Below are positions 21,210 through 32,000 of a stretch of DNA of 32,000 nucleotides, piece after piece. Made by a program: the position numbers and the translations under genes. The stretch lies in NCBI GenBank assembly GCA_021613535.1, contig CP075496.1:118123-150122 (forward strand), given 5' to 3'. This DNA comes from Adineta vaga (taxonomy: Eukaryota; Animalia; Rotifera). Position 1 is the stretch's first letter. Every line of letters begins with the position of its first letter. The notes beneath the pieces are model-generated. The model saw only the letters and a list, made by a program, of their open reading frames with translations, did no database searches and was not told where the DNA came from.

Positions 21210-23317
21210 TCTAATTTCTATATCTTATTTTTCTAGAATGAACGAAATAACTTGTCACAGGAAATCTTAGTAGTCTAACATTAACACAGGGTTTTTTGAT
21301 CACAGAGAATAGAGTGTTGAAGTAAACTTTGATTTGATATACTATACGGCAAACGCGTAAAATGCGCATCATGTTGTTGTTAGAATAGAAGAAAATCTAT
21401 TAATGCAATGAAAATGTTTCAACAAGATTTCTTTCCTTTTCTAACATATTGCGACAATGTAAAGTTCCGTCCACAGTTACACATCCGAACACGTAACAAA
21501 AAACAGACTTTTTACGCGTAAAATATTTCTATTTTTTGCCTTCAGAGAAGGTTTTATTAAAAAACCATTTGCATTTCAATTTATTCTTTCAAACTTGTTT
21601 ACTAGAAAAAATTTCCCAATATAGTAGAGTATGCGCTCACTTCCTTTATTTCCTTTTCCGTCTATACTAATAGGAAATAAGAAAATCAGTAAAATTTATT
21701 TGTTATTCCTTGTCTGACATACTACGTGCGAGAAATGTAGACATCGCGTCAATTTCCGTAGCAGTTGTCACCGAAGTCAATTAAGTTTCTCATTATCAAG
21801 GTATTCAGCCATGATAACTCATGATGTATACAAGTAATACTTATCGATATCTACGTGTTCTATGTCTAAAGGCATATTTTTTTAATCAAACCTAATGATT
21901 TTCGACAACTACAAACGCCTTTAAAAAAAACCAACATATATAATACTTCAATTATTTTTCATATATGCGTATTATATTTTTTCATTCGTCACCAATATCA
22001 AATAACGATGGGTCCTGAAGTAGACGATTATTAAATACACGAAAAGTTTATAAATACGAGTCTTAACAATTAATAATCAAAAGTTCATTTCTATATCTTT
22101 CTCCATCTTTTACCATCTATTCATTTTCATGTAGATTCACCTTAGTCTTTATTTACTTCCTCTGAAAAAAGTAAATTTTTGTCAAAAATTTTGAAATTGT
22201 GATAAATTCATAAGAAGGTAGTCCATCTTCAGATCTTTCAGAAATTATATGATTTTTTCTTAGCTCATTTGAATTTAACTGGACTGAAATAGGTTTTTGA
22301 GTGAGCGGGGAGGCTTAATACAACGAAACTTAACACTAAAATGTATTGAAAAATGATGTTTTAATACATAAGAGAATAAAAACGAGCGAAATATTACATC
22401 ATCTCTTGATTATTCTATGAATTGATTAGAAAGAAATGAAAATACATGATGTGTATTATCTTGAATATTTCGTCAAAATCAGAAGAAAACAATCTGAGAT
22501 ACATTTATGATATGAAAGCGATAGATTTTAAGACCGAATTAGCCATCGCATGACTCAACTATACAACAAGCTTCATATTCAAATAACTGCGAAAAAAGTT
22601 TAATTTCATTTGACAAATGCACTTTTACATGAATTAGATTTAATGAAAATAGAAAAACTAACAAATTGAAAAAATCTTCATATACCATCATCAGGATTAT
22701 TTCCTCGACAGACTAATGTTACAATTGTTCAATTTTTCACATGAAAGTCTTTTATCCGTCATTGTCTACTTGAAAGGAGTTCATGACAGGGAACTCTAAG
22801 GGTCATATAGTACGGAATCTAGATCGACTGATCCAATCGAGAATAGAGAATATCAATTTGATATCAATTTTAATTAACTATTTCTCTTTTTCGTGGATAA
22901 GAGTCTTACAAAAATAAATTTGTTTCCTTGTTTGTGAGTAATGTTATTTTTCACAAAGTGCATACATATTCATTTGACACGAACTTTTATGAAAAACATG
23001 CAACCGGTAACAAGGGTAACCAGTTAAAAATGTTCTCTATATAAAATATAAGAACTTCTTTTGATGTTCATTTATAATTTATGATCATACTTTTTAAAAG
23101 TAGGTTAATTTTTAAAAGAATATTAAAAATAAATTAATTCATACTTCGAATAAAGATTCTCACGAGCAGAAAATTATTCATAATGGTTGATGTCCTCTAA
23201 ATTAATTCATTTCATCAAAGAATATTCTGTACAAAGTATATTACTTTCTATTCTTTCATTTAAAAAAAAGTAACTATCCAAATCAATTCTAAATAAAACT
23301 CTTAGATTTTATACCAA

Positions 23318-24214
23318 ATGGCATCTGAACACTATTTATCATTCGATTATGTAATAAAACAATTATCTTATTATTATGGTATTCCAACATTTATCTTGGG
23401 ATTAGTTGGTGCATGTCTTAATATCATTGTATTTCTTAGTTTGAATACATTTCGACAAAGTTCATGTGCATTCTATCTTCTTATTATGTCAATCTCTGAT
23501 CTTGGTCGACTTTTATTCTTTTCATTACAAAATATTCTTTCGCTTGGATTTGATTTTGATTTTAGAAAATTATCAATTGCTTGTTGTAAAATAAGTTTTG
23601 GCGTTTCTGTAACTTGTATATTAATTTCAACAACTTGTTTATGTTTAGCAATTCTTGATCAATATTTTGCAACATCAAATTATCAAAAATGCCGACAATG
23701 GTCAAATATCAAACTTACTCATTGTTTAGCAACAATTTTTGTTATTCTTTGGATTCTTCATGGAATTCCATATTATATATTTTATACGCATAGTTTTATA
23801 TCAACAACAAATCAAACAGTTTGTCAATCTTCGAACGATATTTTTAGTCAATATGTAATTTATGGCCAAATTCTAACATTGAGAAATTTAATACCGATTT
23901 TAACAGTGATATTTGGATTATTAGCTTATTATAATGCAAGAAATCTTGTACATCGAACAGTTCCATTAGTTCGTCGTGAATTAGATAAACAATTGACTGT
24001 AATGGTTCTTATTCAAATTCTTATTAGTTTTTCTACACATTTACCTTATTCAATTCAAACGATACATAAACAATTTCATACAAATGAAAATGATAGAAAT
24101 TTTCGAAAAAAAATGGATTTTGCAAGTACAGTTACTCTCTATTTTTCATTATTATCATATTCGGTAAGAACTATTTTATTCTTTAGAAATTCGAAGTTCT
24201 ATTTTTATCTTTAG
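23318..24214 (+). CDS. Rhodopsin-like 7TM G-protein-coupled receptor
   Basis: 298-aa ORF with GACLNIIVFLSL..FRQSSCAFYLLIMSISDLGRL (TM1/TM2), TTCLCLAILDQYFAT (TM3), and further TM segments. Confidence 0.85.
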   Translation: MASEHYLSFDYVIKQLSYYYGIPTFILGLVGACLNIIVFLSLNTFRQSSCAFYLLIMSISDLGRLLFFSLQNILSLGFDFDFRKLSIACCKISFGVSVTCILISTTCLCLAILDQYFATSNYQKCRQWSNIKLTHCLATIFVILWILHGIPYYIFYTHSFISTTNQTVCQSSNDIFSQYVIYGQILTLRNLIPILTVIFGLLAYYNARNLVHRTVPLVRRELDKQLTVMVLIQILISFSTHLPYSIQTIHKQFHTNENDRNFRKKMDFASTVTLYFSLLSYSVRTILFFRNSKFYFYL

Positions 24215-24787
24215 ACACCATTTTATACATATATTTGTGTTTCAAAACGATATCGACGACAATTTAAATATATTCTTTTGAAAATCTGTTCAAAACCAAT
24301 TCGACAAAATGAAAGTGAAGCTTCATAGAAAGTCTACTATTCTGATTCGTTGTTCTGTGATGTTTCTTCATTGAACGTTAATTCGTTGACAAATAAAACT
24401 AAAAGTATTTCTTTTGCTGTTAACTTTAATAACTGATGTGCAAGAGACAAAAGACAAAAATATACTTTTTAATTAAATTTTATCAAAAGATTCATAAAAA
24501 TAACAAAAAAGAAGTACCCTAGAAGTTCGAAAACTTCTTATTTCCACATTTATTGATGTTGAATCTTCAAGAAACTATATGCACAAAAATAAATTGAAAT
24601 TTGTATAAGTTTTGTTTTATAAACGATTTATAGAGGGCGCTGATAAACATCGATATCTTCTTCTTTTCTTATAAATGGTTATTAACTTGTTTACACGCGT
24701 CCTTCACTGATTCGTTTTCGTCGTTTACTCTATATACCTTTAGATATAAATATCATTACGATAAACAGTTTTTTTCTATCATATAAA

Positions 24788-25774
24788 ATGGCGAGTAAAC
24801 AGTTAGTAACTATCGTTGGATCAACCGGTGCACAAGGAGGTGCTATTGTTCGATCATTAGTTGAAACTGGTAAATATAAGGTATTTAACTTTTTTGTTTT
24901 TTTCTTCTTCTTCATCATCTTTTTCATATATAAATAGATTCGTGGTTTAACACGTGATGCAAAAAGTGAAAAATCACAAGCAATTGCACGTTTAAGTAAA
25001 GATATTGAAATGGTTACATGTGATATTGGTAAAAAAGATGATGTTGAACGTGCATTCAAAGATTCATGGGCAATTTTTGCATTAACTGATTTTTGGGCAC
25101 AACCGGATAAACCTGAAATAGAAATTCAACAAGGAAAATTAATGGCTGATGTTGCTGATTCTCTTAAAGTACCTTATTATATCTATAGTACACTTGAAAA
25201 TGTAGAAAAAATATCTGGTGGAAAATTAAATGTTCCACATTTTACACAAAAAGCTCAATTACGTGATTATATCAAAGAAAAACATCCAAATTTAAAAACA
25301 ATCTATGTTGAACCTGCATTTTACATGCAAAATTGGCAAGGTTTTTCAAAAGTACAAAAATTAGATAATGGTACATTTGTATTTGCTCATCCAATGGATC
25401 AAAAATCATCATTACATATTGTTGATATCGAAGATACAGGTCCAATTGTTCGACAAATTTTAGAAAATCCTGATAAATTTGTTGGACAAGATATTTGTAT
25501 TTGTGGTGAAGAAATTCGTTTTGAAGATGTTCCGAAAGTCTTTACAAAAGTAACTGGTCAACCAGCTATATCAAAATCATTAACAGAAGAAGAATATCGT
25601 GGTGCAACAAGTTTTCTACCTAAACCAGTTCAAGATGAAATTTTTCATATGTTTAAATGGTTTGAACAATATGGTTATTATGGAAAAGATAAAGATTGGA
25701 AAAATGGACAACAACTTACAAAATTAAATACATTTGAACAATGGTTACAAAAAACCGGTTGGAAAGGTGAATAA
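24788..25774 (+). CDS. NmrA-like NAD(P)-binding Rossmann protein, 2 exons (24788-24880, 24938-25774), 309 aa
   Basis: MASKQLVTIVGSTGAQGGAIVRSLVETGKYK|IRGLTRDAKSEKSQ: GxxGxxG nucleotide-binding motif, a 57-bp GT-AG intron, and NmrA-like DFWAQPD...YSTLENVEK...DIEDTGPIV. Confidence 0.9.
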
Positions 25775-26696
25775 AATAGACAAACGTTTTTTTTTATTGA
25801 AATAAAAAGTAGATTTTAGTAGAAGAATTTCATATTGTTTCTTTTTCTTTCAACAATATTTAATGATTAAGAAAGAAAATCATACGAAAACTTTTTCTAA
25901 GAGAATGTTTGAATAAGAAGAATTGTACAATTGATATATCTTCAGAGAACAAATCAGAATTATTATGTGATTTAAATGATGGAGTAAACGATTTTTTGAT
26001 AAATATGATCATTGATCCTCGTACTCATGTAGAAAAACAAACAGTAACATTTTTTCATCAATGTGATGGATGTAATCGTGATATATTCTTATCAAAAGTA
26101 CAAATTTATATTAATAAATATTATGATTTATCATCATTATGCAATATTCTAATAAATTCAATCAAACTGTCACTACTTTTCATTTATTACCATTATATAA
26201 TGTCATTGACAATGAAATTAATTCGTTTCATAGTCGATCAATTATTGTTTGACGCTATAAATAATTTCACGATAAGTCGTAATACAATTAAACTTTTTGA
26301 AAGGAAGAAAACTTGTAAACAAGTGGAACATGTATCTGATGTTGATTCAGAATATTTCAGACATTCAAGCTCTATTTTCCTTCACCCTCTTTAATTGCAT
26401 TTGCACTCATGAAGCCATTGGAAAGGATCTTTAGCTTTTATCTGATATATAAAAAAAGCATTTTAATTTGAATCTTTTGAATTGATAATATTCCAAGTCT
26501 TCAGTTAAAATTACGAGTCAACAAAGAGACAATAAGTTGTTTATATGATTTCAACAAATATAATTAACAAATGAAGAATGTATTCAAGCATTTGTTTAAT
26601 GAATAAACCCATTTGAAACCTTTTCGCTTTCGAATGCACTTATCTATAAAAGCATTTTGCAAATCTATTTTTTCAATCAGTGAAAAGAACCGTATA

Positions 26697-28210
26697 ATGA
26701 ATACAAAATACTTACTCTTCTTTGTTATATTACAAATTTGTATTGTATATGGATCACATTTTCGTGGTGGAACATTTACATGGTAAGTTCTATAGGAAAA
26801 CTTTTCTTTCTTGAAATTTTCTCTTGTTGATAAGAGACCTTTGAATGCAACTCCATCTGGTAGTACAGCCGATTTTCTAATACGCGAAAGATTTTCATGG
26901 CGTAGCAGTTATAATTTTCCTGCTTATGGTATTATTTGTTATTGTGATGATACAACTATTGCTACTAGTGGTACAATTGGTGAGAATGATATATTACGAT
27001 GTACTGCTGGTAGTTATTGTCCTTCTTGGAGTTATTTGAATACAACAACATTTTGTACAGATTACAGTACTATTCTTGACGTTAGTTCGGGTGAAAAAAC
27101 TCGAGTATATACATTACCATTAAATACTTCATTTACCATTTATTATTATAGTGGTAATTGGCTAAATGATCTTGTTAAAGGAGGTAATACAGTGTGGTAT
27201 GTTGCAAATCGTGTTAGTACAAATCTTCGACCAGATGGTTATATTAATACCAGTCCTGTTGCTGTTACACTTCCAATTATCTACAAAGAAATCAATATAC
27301 AACATGTACATGTTATTCAAATGTCTGATTTTGATACTAATGATATCTTACAATGTCGATGGGCGAATGCAAACTTTTCTTATAATACAAATCAATATGA
27401 TGAATGTGGTGGAATTTGTAGTGGTGTTCCAGGTGCTCTTCTTATTCAAGCAAATTGTACTATTGTATTTACGTTAACAACGGCTGGACTCTATGCAGGA
27501 GTTGCATTGCAAATAGAAGATTTTTATGACACTGCAGCACAGATAGCCAATAAACCGATGAGTTCAGTTCCACTTCAATTTCTCTTTTATGGCTATCCTG
27601 CACCAACTGGTTGTACAATGTCACAAAAAATCACTGGTAATCGACCTAATCGTGGTAAGTTTGCATAATACTATATACTCTTTTATTCTTATTTTGATTT
27701 TTTTATAGCTTGTATTGGAATACCAATCGGTTCCAATGTTACCGAATATGTTATAGTTGAAACATATTGTCCAGGACAAACAATTGATAATTTTATAACA
27801 AGTAGTCCAATTGGAATGAAAAAAGTGCAATTCTCAATCCAAATCCAGGTCAGTTATGAATGAATTATTCGACTATAATTATAAAATTTCTTTCCTTTCA
27901 TAGGTATTTATCATTTGATTCTTAATTGGATTCCCGTATCTGCTCAATATGGTCCTGAACCATTTTGTGCGGGTGCTATTGATAATAATAATCTACAATC
28001 CAATCAATGGTGTGTTACATTTTTAGTTGGTTTTGATTCACCAGATGTTATTCGACCAAAAGTTGTTCAAGGTTCCATTTCTCCAATTGGTACTATTTTT
28101 CAAAATCACACAACTTTTTCATTTTAAAGTAAAACTTATTCGTCATTATTATGATAATTGAATGTGAATGTTTTTGATTTTTTAGCAACAAAATTCGTTG
28201 GTCGTCCTAA
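26697..28210 (+). pseudogene. Decaying copy of an SHFRGG-type secreted protein gene (exons ~26697-26782, 26835-27654, 27709-27852, 27904-28128, 28186-28210)
   Basis: MNTKYLLFFVILQICIVYGSHFRGGTFTW / RPLNATPSGSTADFLIRERFSWRSSYNF... / ACIGIPIGSNVTEYVIVETYCPGQTIDNF... / IYHLILNWIPVSAQYG...IFQNHTTFSF* / TTKFVGRPNRND. First junction off by 1 nt, TAA at 28125, 3' end runs into repeats. Confidence 0.65.
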
Positions 28211-28224
28211 TCGTAATGATCTTC

Positions 28225-28411
28225 TATATATATAAAGAAAAAAGTTTGTCTGTCTGTCTGTCTGTCTGTCTGTTCGCTATGCATTCAGTCCCTGTAATAG
28301 CTACGGTCACCAAACTTTCCACAGTGCTTCCCCAGGTCCAGGGGAAGGTCGACATGGGGTTAGAATGGTCATCGGGGGGTGGGGGTGGGGAGCGTGGGTG
28401 AAATTTCACCC
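28225..28411. repeat. Dispersed repeat copy A
   Basis: tatataaagaaaaaagtttgtctgt..ttcgctatgcattcagtccctgtaatagct..caccaaactttccaca.tgctt...ggtcgacatggggttagaatggtcatc..GGGTGAAATTTCACCC. Confidence 0.85.
28248..28275. repeat. (GTCT)n microsatellite
   Basis: Direct reading. Confidence 0.85.
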
Positions 28412-28851
28412 AGACAGTTCAATGATAGCTAACATTCCTAAACTTTCCACAATGCTTCTCTAGGCCCACGAAAAGGTCGACATCTACTTTATTCCGAAAA
28501 AAAATGAATTCTACGCTTCCTACAGGCAATCTATGAAACTAACCAATACAGTAGGATTGCAGCATTTCAAAAAATTAAAATAATTGATAGCGAAGGCGGC
28601 CGGAGGCCGTCTGAGCGCACATCTACGATAATTTACACGTTCCGTATCAAAATATCTTGATTTGAGGGTGGGAATCGGTGTCTGGGTGAAATTTCACCGA
28701 AGTCGTATTGAATTTCAATTGTCGTTATTTTTGGTAGAAACTTACAGAATATGCTCCGGTTTTGAGATTTTTTATTTGATACTATTTATTTCTTGCAATA
28801 AATGTGACAATTAAAGGTTCTTTAATCTATATCTATCTATCTATAATTTAT

Positions 28852-29021
28852 CTATATATATAAAGAAGAAAGTTTGTTTGTCTGTTCGCTATGCATTCAG
28901 TCCCTGTAATAGCTAATGTCACCAAACTTTCCACAATGCTTTTTTAGGTCCGGCGGAAGGTTGACATGGGGTTAGAATGGTCATCAGGGGTTTGGAGGGG
29001 GGCGTGGGTGAAATTTCACCC
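28852..29021. repeat. Dispersed repeat copy B (direct repeat of copy A)
   Basis: Near-identical order and sequence to 28225-28411. Confidence 0.85.
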
Positions 29022-29396
29022 AGGTGATGCTTTATAGGAATTTTTCGATCTCACTGATAGCTGGCGACACTAAAAGTTTCACGAAACTCCCCTAAATTCC
29101 ACGGAAGGTCGAGACGAGGTTGCCACCTTCAAGGGGTGGGTGAAGGAGAATTAGTGAGAATTCATCCAGCGTCGATAAACTGCCAGTTCCACGTTTTTCC
29201 CTGGAACTTTGAAGTGGGTGTGGGTGTCAGCATCCAAGATGGACAACTACAACGCTTGGGTTGGGTTCTTAAAAAAAACTGAATCTGGAGTGGAATGACT
29301 ACTCTGCCTGTATAGAGTCAAAGCGAAGTTTATAAACTAGAGAATGACTTGCAGCGAGCGTCTGAGAATAGACAGATCTACCGAGGGGCGAGAACT

Positions 29397-29490
29397 GCAG
29401 CGGGACAGTGGGTGTAGAATGGGACTAGAGTTGCAGCGGGACAGTGGGAGTAGAATGGGACTGGAGTTGCAGCGGGACAGTAGGAGTGGA
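29397..29490. repeat. 36-bp tandem repeat, ~2.6 copies
   Basis: gcagcgggacagtggg[t/a]gtagaatgggact[a/g]gagtt at 29397, 29433 and 29469. Confidence 0.85.
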
Positions 29491-29926
29491 TTTAAAAGGA
29501 ACAGAGCATTATGTCGTATGGATAGCGAGACAAGACCATTAGAAAAGAATTAACGAAGAGAAGTGAAAATTTCTGAGAAAATCCCTGGTGCACGACGCGA
29601 AAAGCACTGTTGTAAATGGAAAACATAAATTATGCCCTCTTTGCAGCGGGTATCTCCGCTAGTATATATATATTCTTTGAACTCTTTCATTTTGTGTCAA
29701 AGTTTATTTTTCTATACAATCAAGTGTCATTGATATTTTTTAGTATTGTTGACAATTTTTTTTGCAATTAATTATAAATTGTTTTAGTTTCACCTTTAGA
29801 AATGATTTATTGATATTACTTCTCTTTTCTTTTCAATTATGACTATTCCTTTTTTCTCACATTGAAATATATATATATATAAAGAATTGACTTTATATTT
29901 TATTCATTAAACATATTTTTGAATAA

Positions 29927-31060
29927 ATGTTTAATACAACTAATTCATTATCATGTGAAATTAATATTTGTCAAAATAATGGACAATGTTTTCTCTTCAA
30001 TTCATCTATCAATAATTTTACTTGTATTTGTACACGATGTTATACAGATTCTTTTTGTCAAACAGAAAAATATTCTCAAAATCTTTGGTATATGGGTATA
30101 TCTGATGATAAACGTTTTTCAAATTATCAAATAATTGAAAGAATAATTGGTTTAATTATTTCAATTATTTCTTTGATCTGTAATTGTTTAGCATTACAAA
30201 TATTTGTATGTAGCAAAACAATTCGTATAACAAATCTTGGTATTTATTTAATAATACTTTCATTATCATGTTTAATTATTAGTATTCTTCGTGGAATATT
30301 TATTTCGATTGTAATTTTCAATAATCCTATTCAATTAGGAAACGTTTATTTTATATTTCAATGTGCTACAATACGTTTATTTGCATCTTCAATTATTTGT
30401 TGTCTCTTTTGGCTTCTATTATACATTGCAGTAGAACGAATATTACTCGCTTATTCCTTTGTGAATTTGAATGATTCAAGAAAACGTTCAATTATTTCAT
30501 GTATATTATTGTTTATTATAATACCAACGCTTACATTTTCGATAATCTTTTTTGGTTCAAAAAAAGGCAATACTTCAACTGATTTTTGTCGATTAAATTT
30601 TACTTCAAAAGGTTATATTTTTTATTCAATCTTTCGTTGGTTTAATTATTTAATTGCACCAATAGCATCACTTATTTCATGTATCTGTATTTTACATAAT
30701 CTTATTCAACATCGATTGTATCTTACAACTCACAGCGAGACATTAGCTTCTTCAGTGAAACTAATTATTTCTAATCATCAAGATTTCTTTATGGTACCAT
30801 TAGTATTTACATTATGTATAATGCCATATTTTATCTTAACTCAAATTGTTACTTGTTCATCAGCGGATAATTTTATTGTTGGAAAATTAACAACAATATT
30901 TCAATTACTTTCAGATTTAGCTTTAATAATTCCATTTCTAACAACAGTTCTACCATCAAAATTATATATGGAACACTTTTGGGAAATATCTCATGTTGGA
31001 AGATTCTTAATTTATATTAAAACGAAATTATGTACTCATAATACTTCTATCAAGGATTGA
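29927..31060 (+). CDS. EGF-like domain plus 7TM receptor
   Basis: 377-aa ORF. CEINICQNNGQCFLFNSSINNFTCICTRCYTDSFC fits EGF-like spacing, followed by seven hydrophobic segments starting IIERIIGLIISIISLICNCLALQIFV. Confidence 0.8.
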   Translation: MFNTTNSLSCEINICQNNGQCFLFNSSINNFTCICTRCYTDSFCQTEKYSQNLWYMGISDDKRFSNYQIIERIIGLIISIISLICNCLALQIFVCSKTIRITNLGIYLIILSLSCLIISILRGIFISIVIFNNPIQLGNVYFIFQCATIRLFASSIICCLFWLLLYIAVERILLAYSFVNLNDSRKRSIISCILLFIIIPTLTFSIIFFGSKKGNTSTDFCRLNFTSKGYIFYSIFRWFNYLIAPIASLISCICILHNLIQHRLYLTTHSETLASSVKLIISNHQDFFMVPLVFTLCIMPYFILTQIVTCSSADNFIVGKLTTIFQLLSDLALIIPFLTTVLPSKLYMEHFWEISHVGRFLIYIKTKLCTHNTSIKD

Positions 31061-31077
31061 CATAATCTACATCTTGC

Positions 31078-31107
31078 GGGTGAGGGTTTGAGTTTCAGTT
31101 CTCACCC
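31078..31107. repeat. G-rich/C-rich inverted element just 3' of the EGF-7TM stop codon
   Basis: GGGTGAG (31078-31084) pairs with CTCACCC (31101-31107). Confidence 0.5.
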
Positions 31108-32000
31108 ACATCTTTAGTTTTGTTTTATTAAAATTAAGAATTAAGTCATGTAGAGAAAAAAATTTGACGGTGGGTGGGTGTGAATATATTGTATACTGTT
31201 GCTGAAAGATGTGGTTTTGCTTCTGCGAGTTCGTATTTGATTGTGTGCATGGTAGTGGGATACGGCAGGATCCAGAGGCCGGAACGACCGACCTAGACAT
31301 AATTCATCAGAAAAGCGGTACCTTATCCGGTCGCTCGATCGTGTGCATGACGCCTTACTAAACACAAAGTAGCTTACTGTTACAAACTGCGTTTCAATTA
31401 GTTAGAATGATATCTATCAATTCTCACTCGTACTTCAGCCACTTTCCAAATGTAAGAATTAGTTTGGTCAATTTTATTTTCACAGAGAAAAGTAAATTTC
31501 TGATTGCTGCCAAGTCCTCTTAATTTTGTTTCGATTTATTTACCCTTATTTATACAAAGCATTCGATGGTATTAAATCAACACGCAAATTTCGAAACTGA
31601 TAACATCAGCTAACCTTTAACTATCACTACTTAGTAGCAGAGAATGACAAAGAAAGATAAGGACTCCTTTCACACATTTTGCAGAGGAAGAAAACGGTTA
31701 GATTCTTATAAAATAGTGAAGTGGTAAACTCGTTATACTACGATCAAGTATGGGTTGCAAAGAATCAAAACCGAATGTTATTGAACCGGTCATAGCTCCG
31801 TTAAGCGTACTCAATCCCCTCTCATCGTATGAATTAACTTCGGAAGCCTATCATTCAACATCGGTCGATGTCGGTAGTGCTACAGCAGAAACATCGTGTA
31901 AACTGATTACTGTTATAATTCAACCATGACTGAATATACTCTGCTTTTCTAGATCTGATATCCGGCAGTGAAATACAGGACGATCGGGATTCATTAGGCC

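Noticed and set aside
24730-25059. Minus-strand ORF
   Set aside because: Antisense to the NmrA-like gene's exon 1, intron and exon 2.
25909-26394. 161-aa plus ORF (MNKKNCTIDISSENKSELLCDL...)
   Set aside because: No ATG at the start and no recognisable domain. May be a degraded exon but not supportable as a gene.
27621-27830. Minus-strand ORF, also plus ORF 27166-27477
   Set aside because: Antisense or alternate frame of the SHFRGG-type gene exons.
28198-28409. Overlapping plus and minus ORFs
   Set aside because: Entirely within GTCT microsatellite and dispersed repeat copy A.

Overview
AT-rich eukaryotic DNA with short introns (about 51-65 bp, one of about 136 bp). Codon usage, tiny introns, many 7TM genes and TGTGGG/CCCACA-type tracts fit a bdelloid rotifer; that assignment is inference. 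Supportable genes: a RING-CH (MARCH-like) membrane protein (+, 2659-3375); rhodopsin-like 7TM receptors (+, 8189-9100; +, 23318-24214); an EGF-like plus 7TM receptor (+, 29927-31060); an NmrA-like Rossmann protein with one intron (+, 24788-25774); a cytosolic 5'-nucleotidase (NT5C1-like, -, 20087-21209); a putative DED-like/TM gene (-, ~5719-6360); the last exon of a secreted protein with a CBM-like C-terminus (-, 4080-4603). I reconstructed two small secreted-peptide genes that the ORF track misses: a 108-aa, 10-Cys precursor (-, 1037-1487) and a 145-aa AMP-precursor-like protein (-, 18584-19134). The strongest observation is a 2765-bp piggyBac element (13527-16291) with TTAA duplications, terminal inverted repeats and subterminal hairpins. 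Its transposase frame carries three in-frame TGAs. It sits inside the signal-peptide region of an 8-Cys secreted peptide precursor, and removing the element plus one TTAA restores a continuous 119-aa ORF. A second theme is telomere-like G-rich tracts followed by inverted C-rich tracts at four places, next to gene ends or gene fragments. Several decayed gene fragments (NHL, GPCR, PIF1 helicase, SHFRGG-type secreted protein) and nested repeats give the window a subtelomeric or dynamic-genome character. Nothing here amounts to a demonstrated new multi-gene system.
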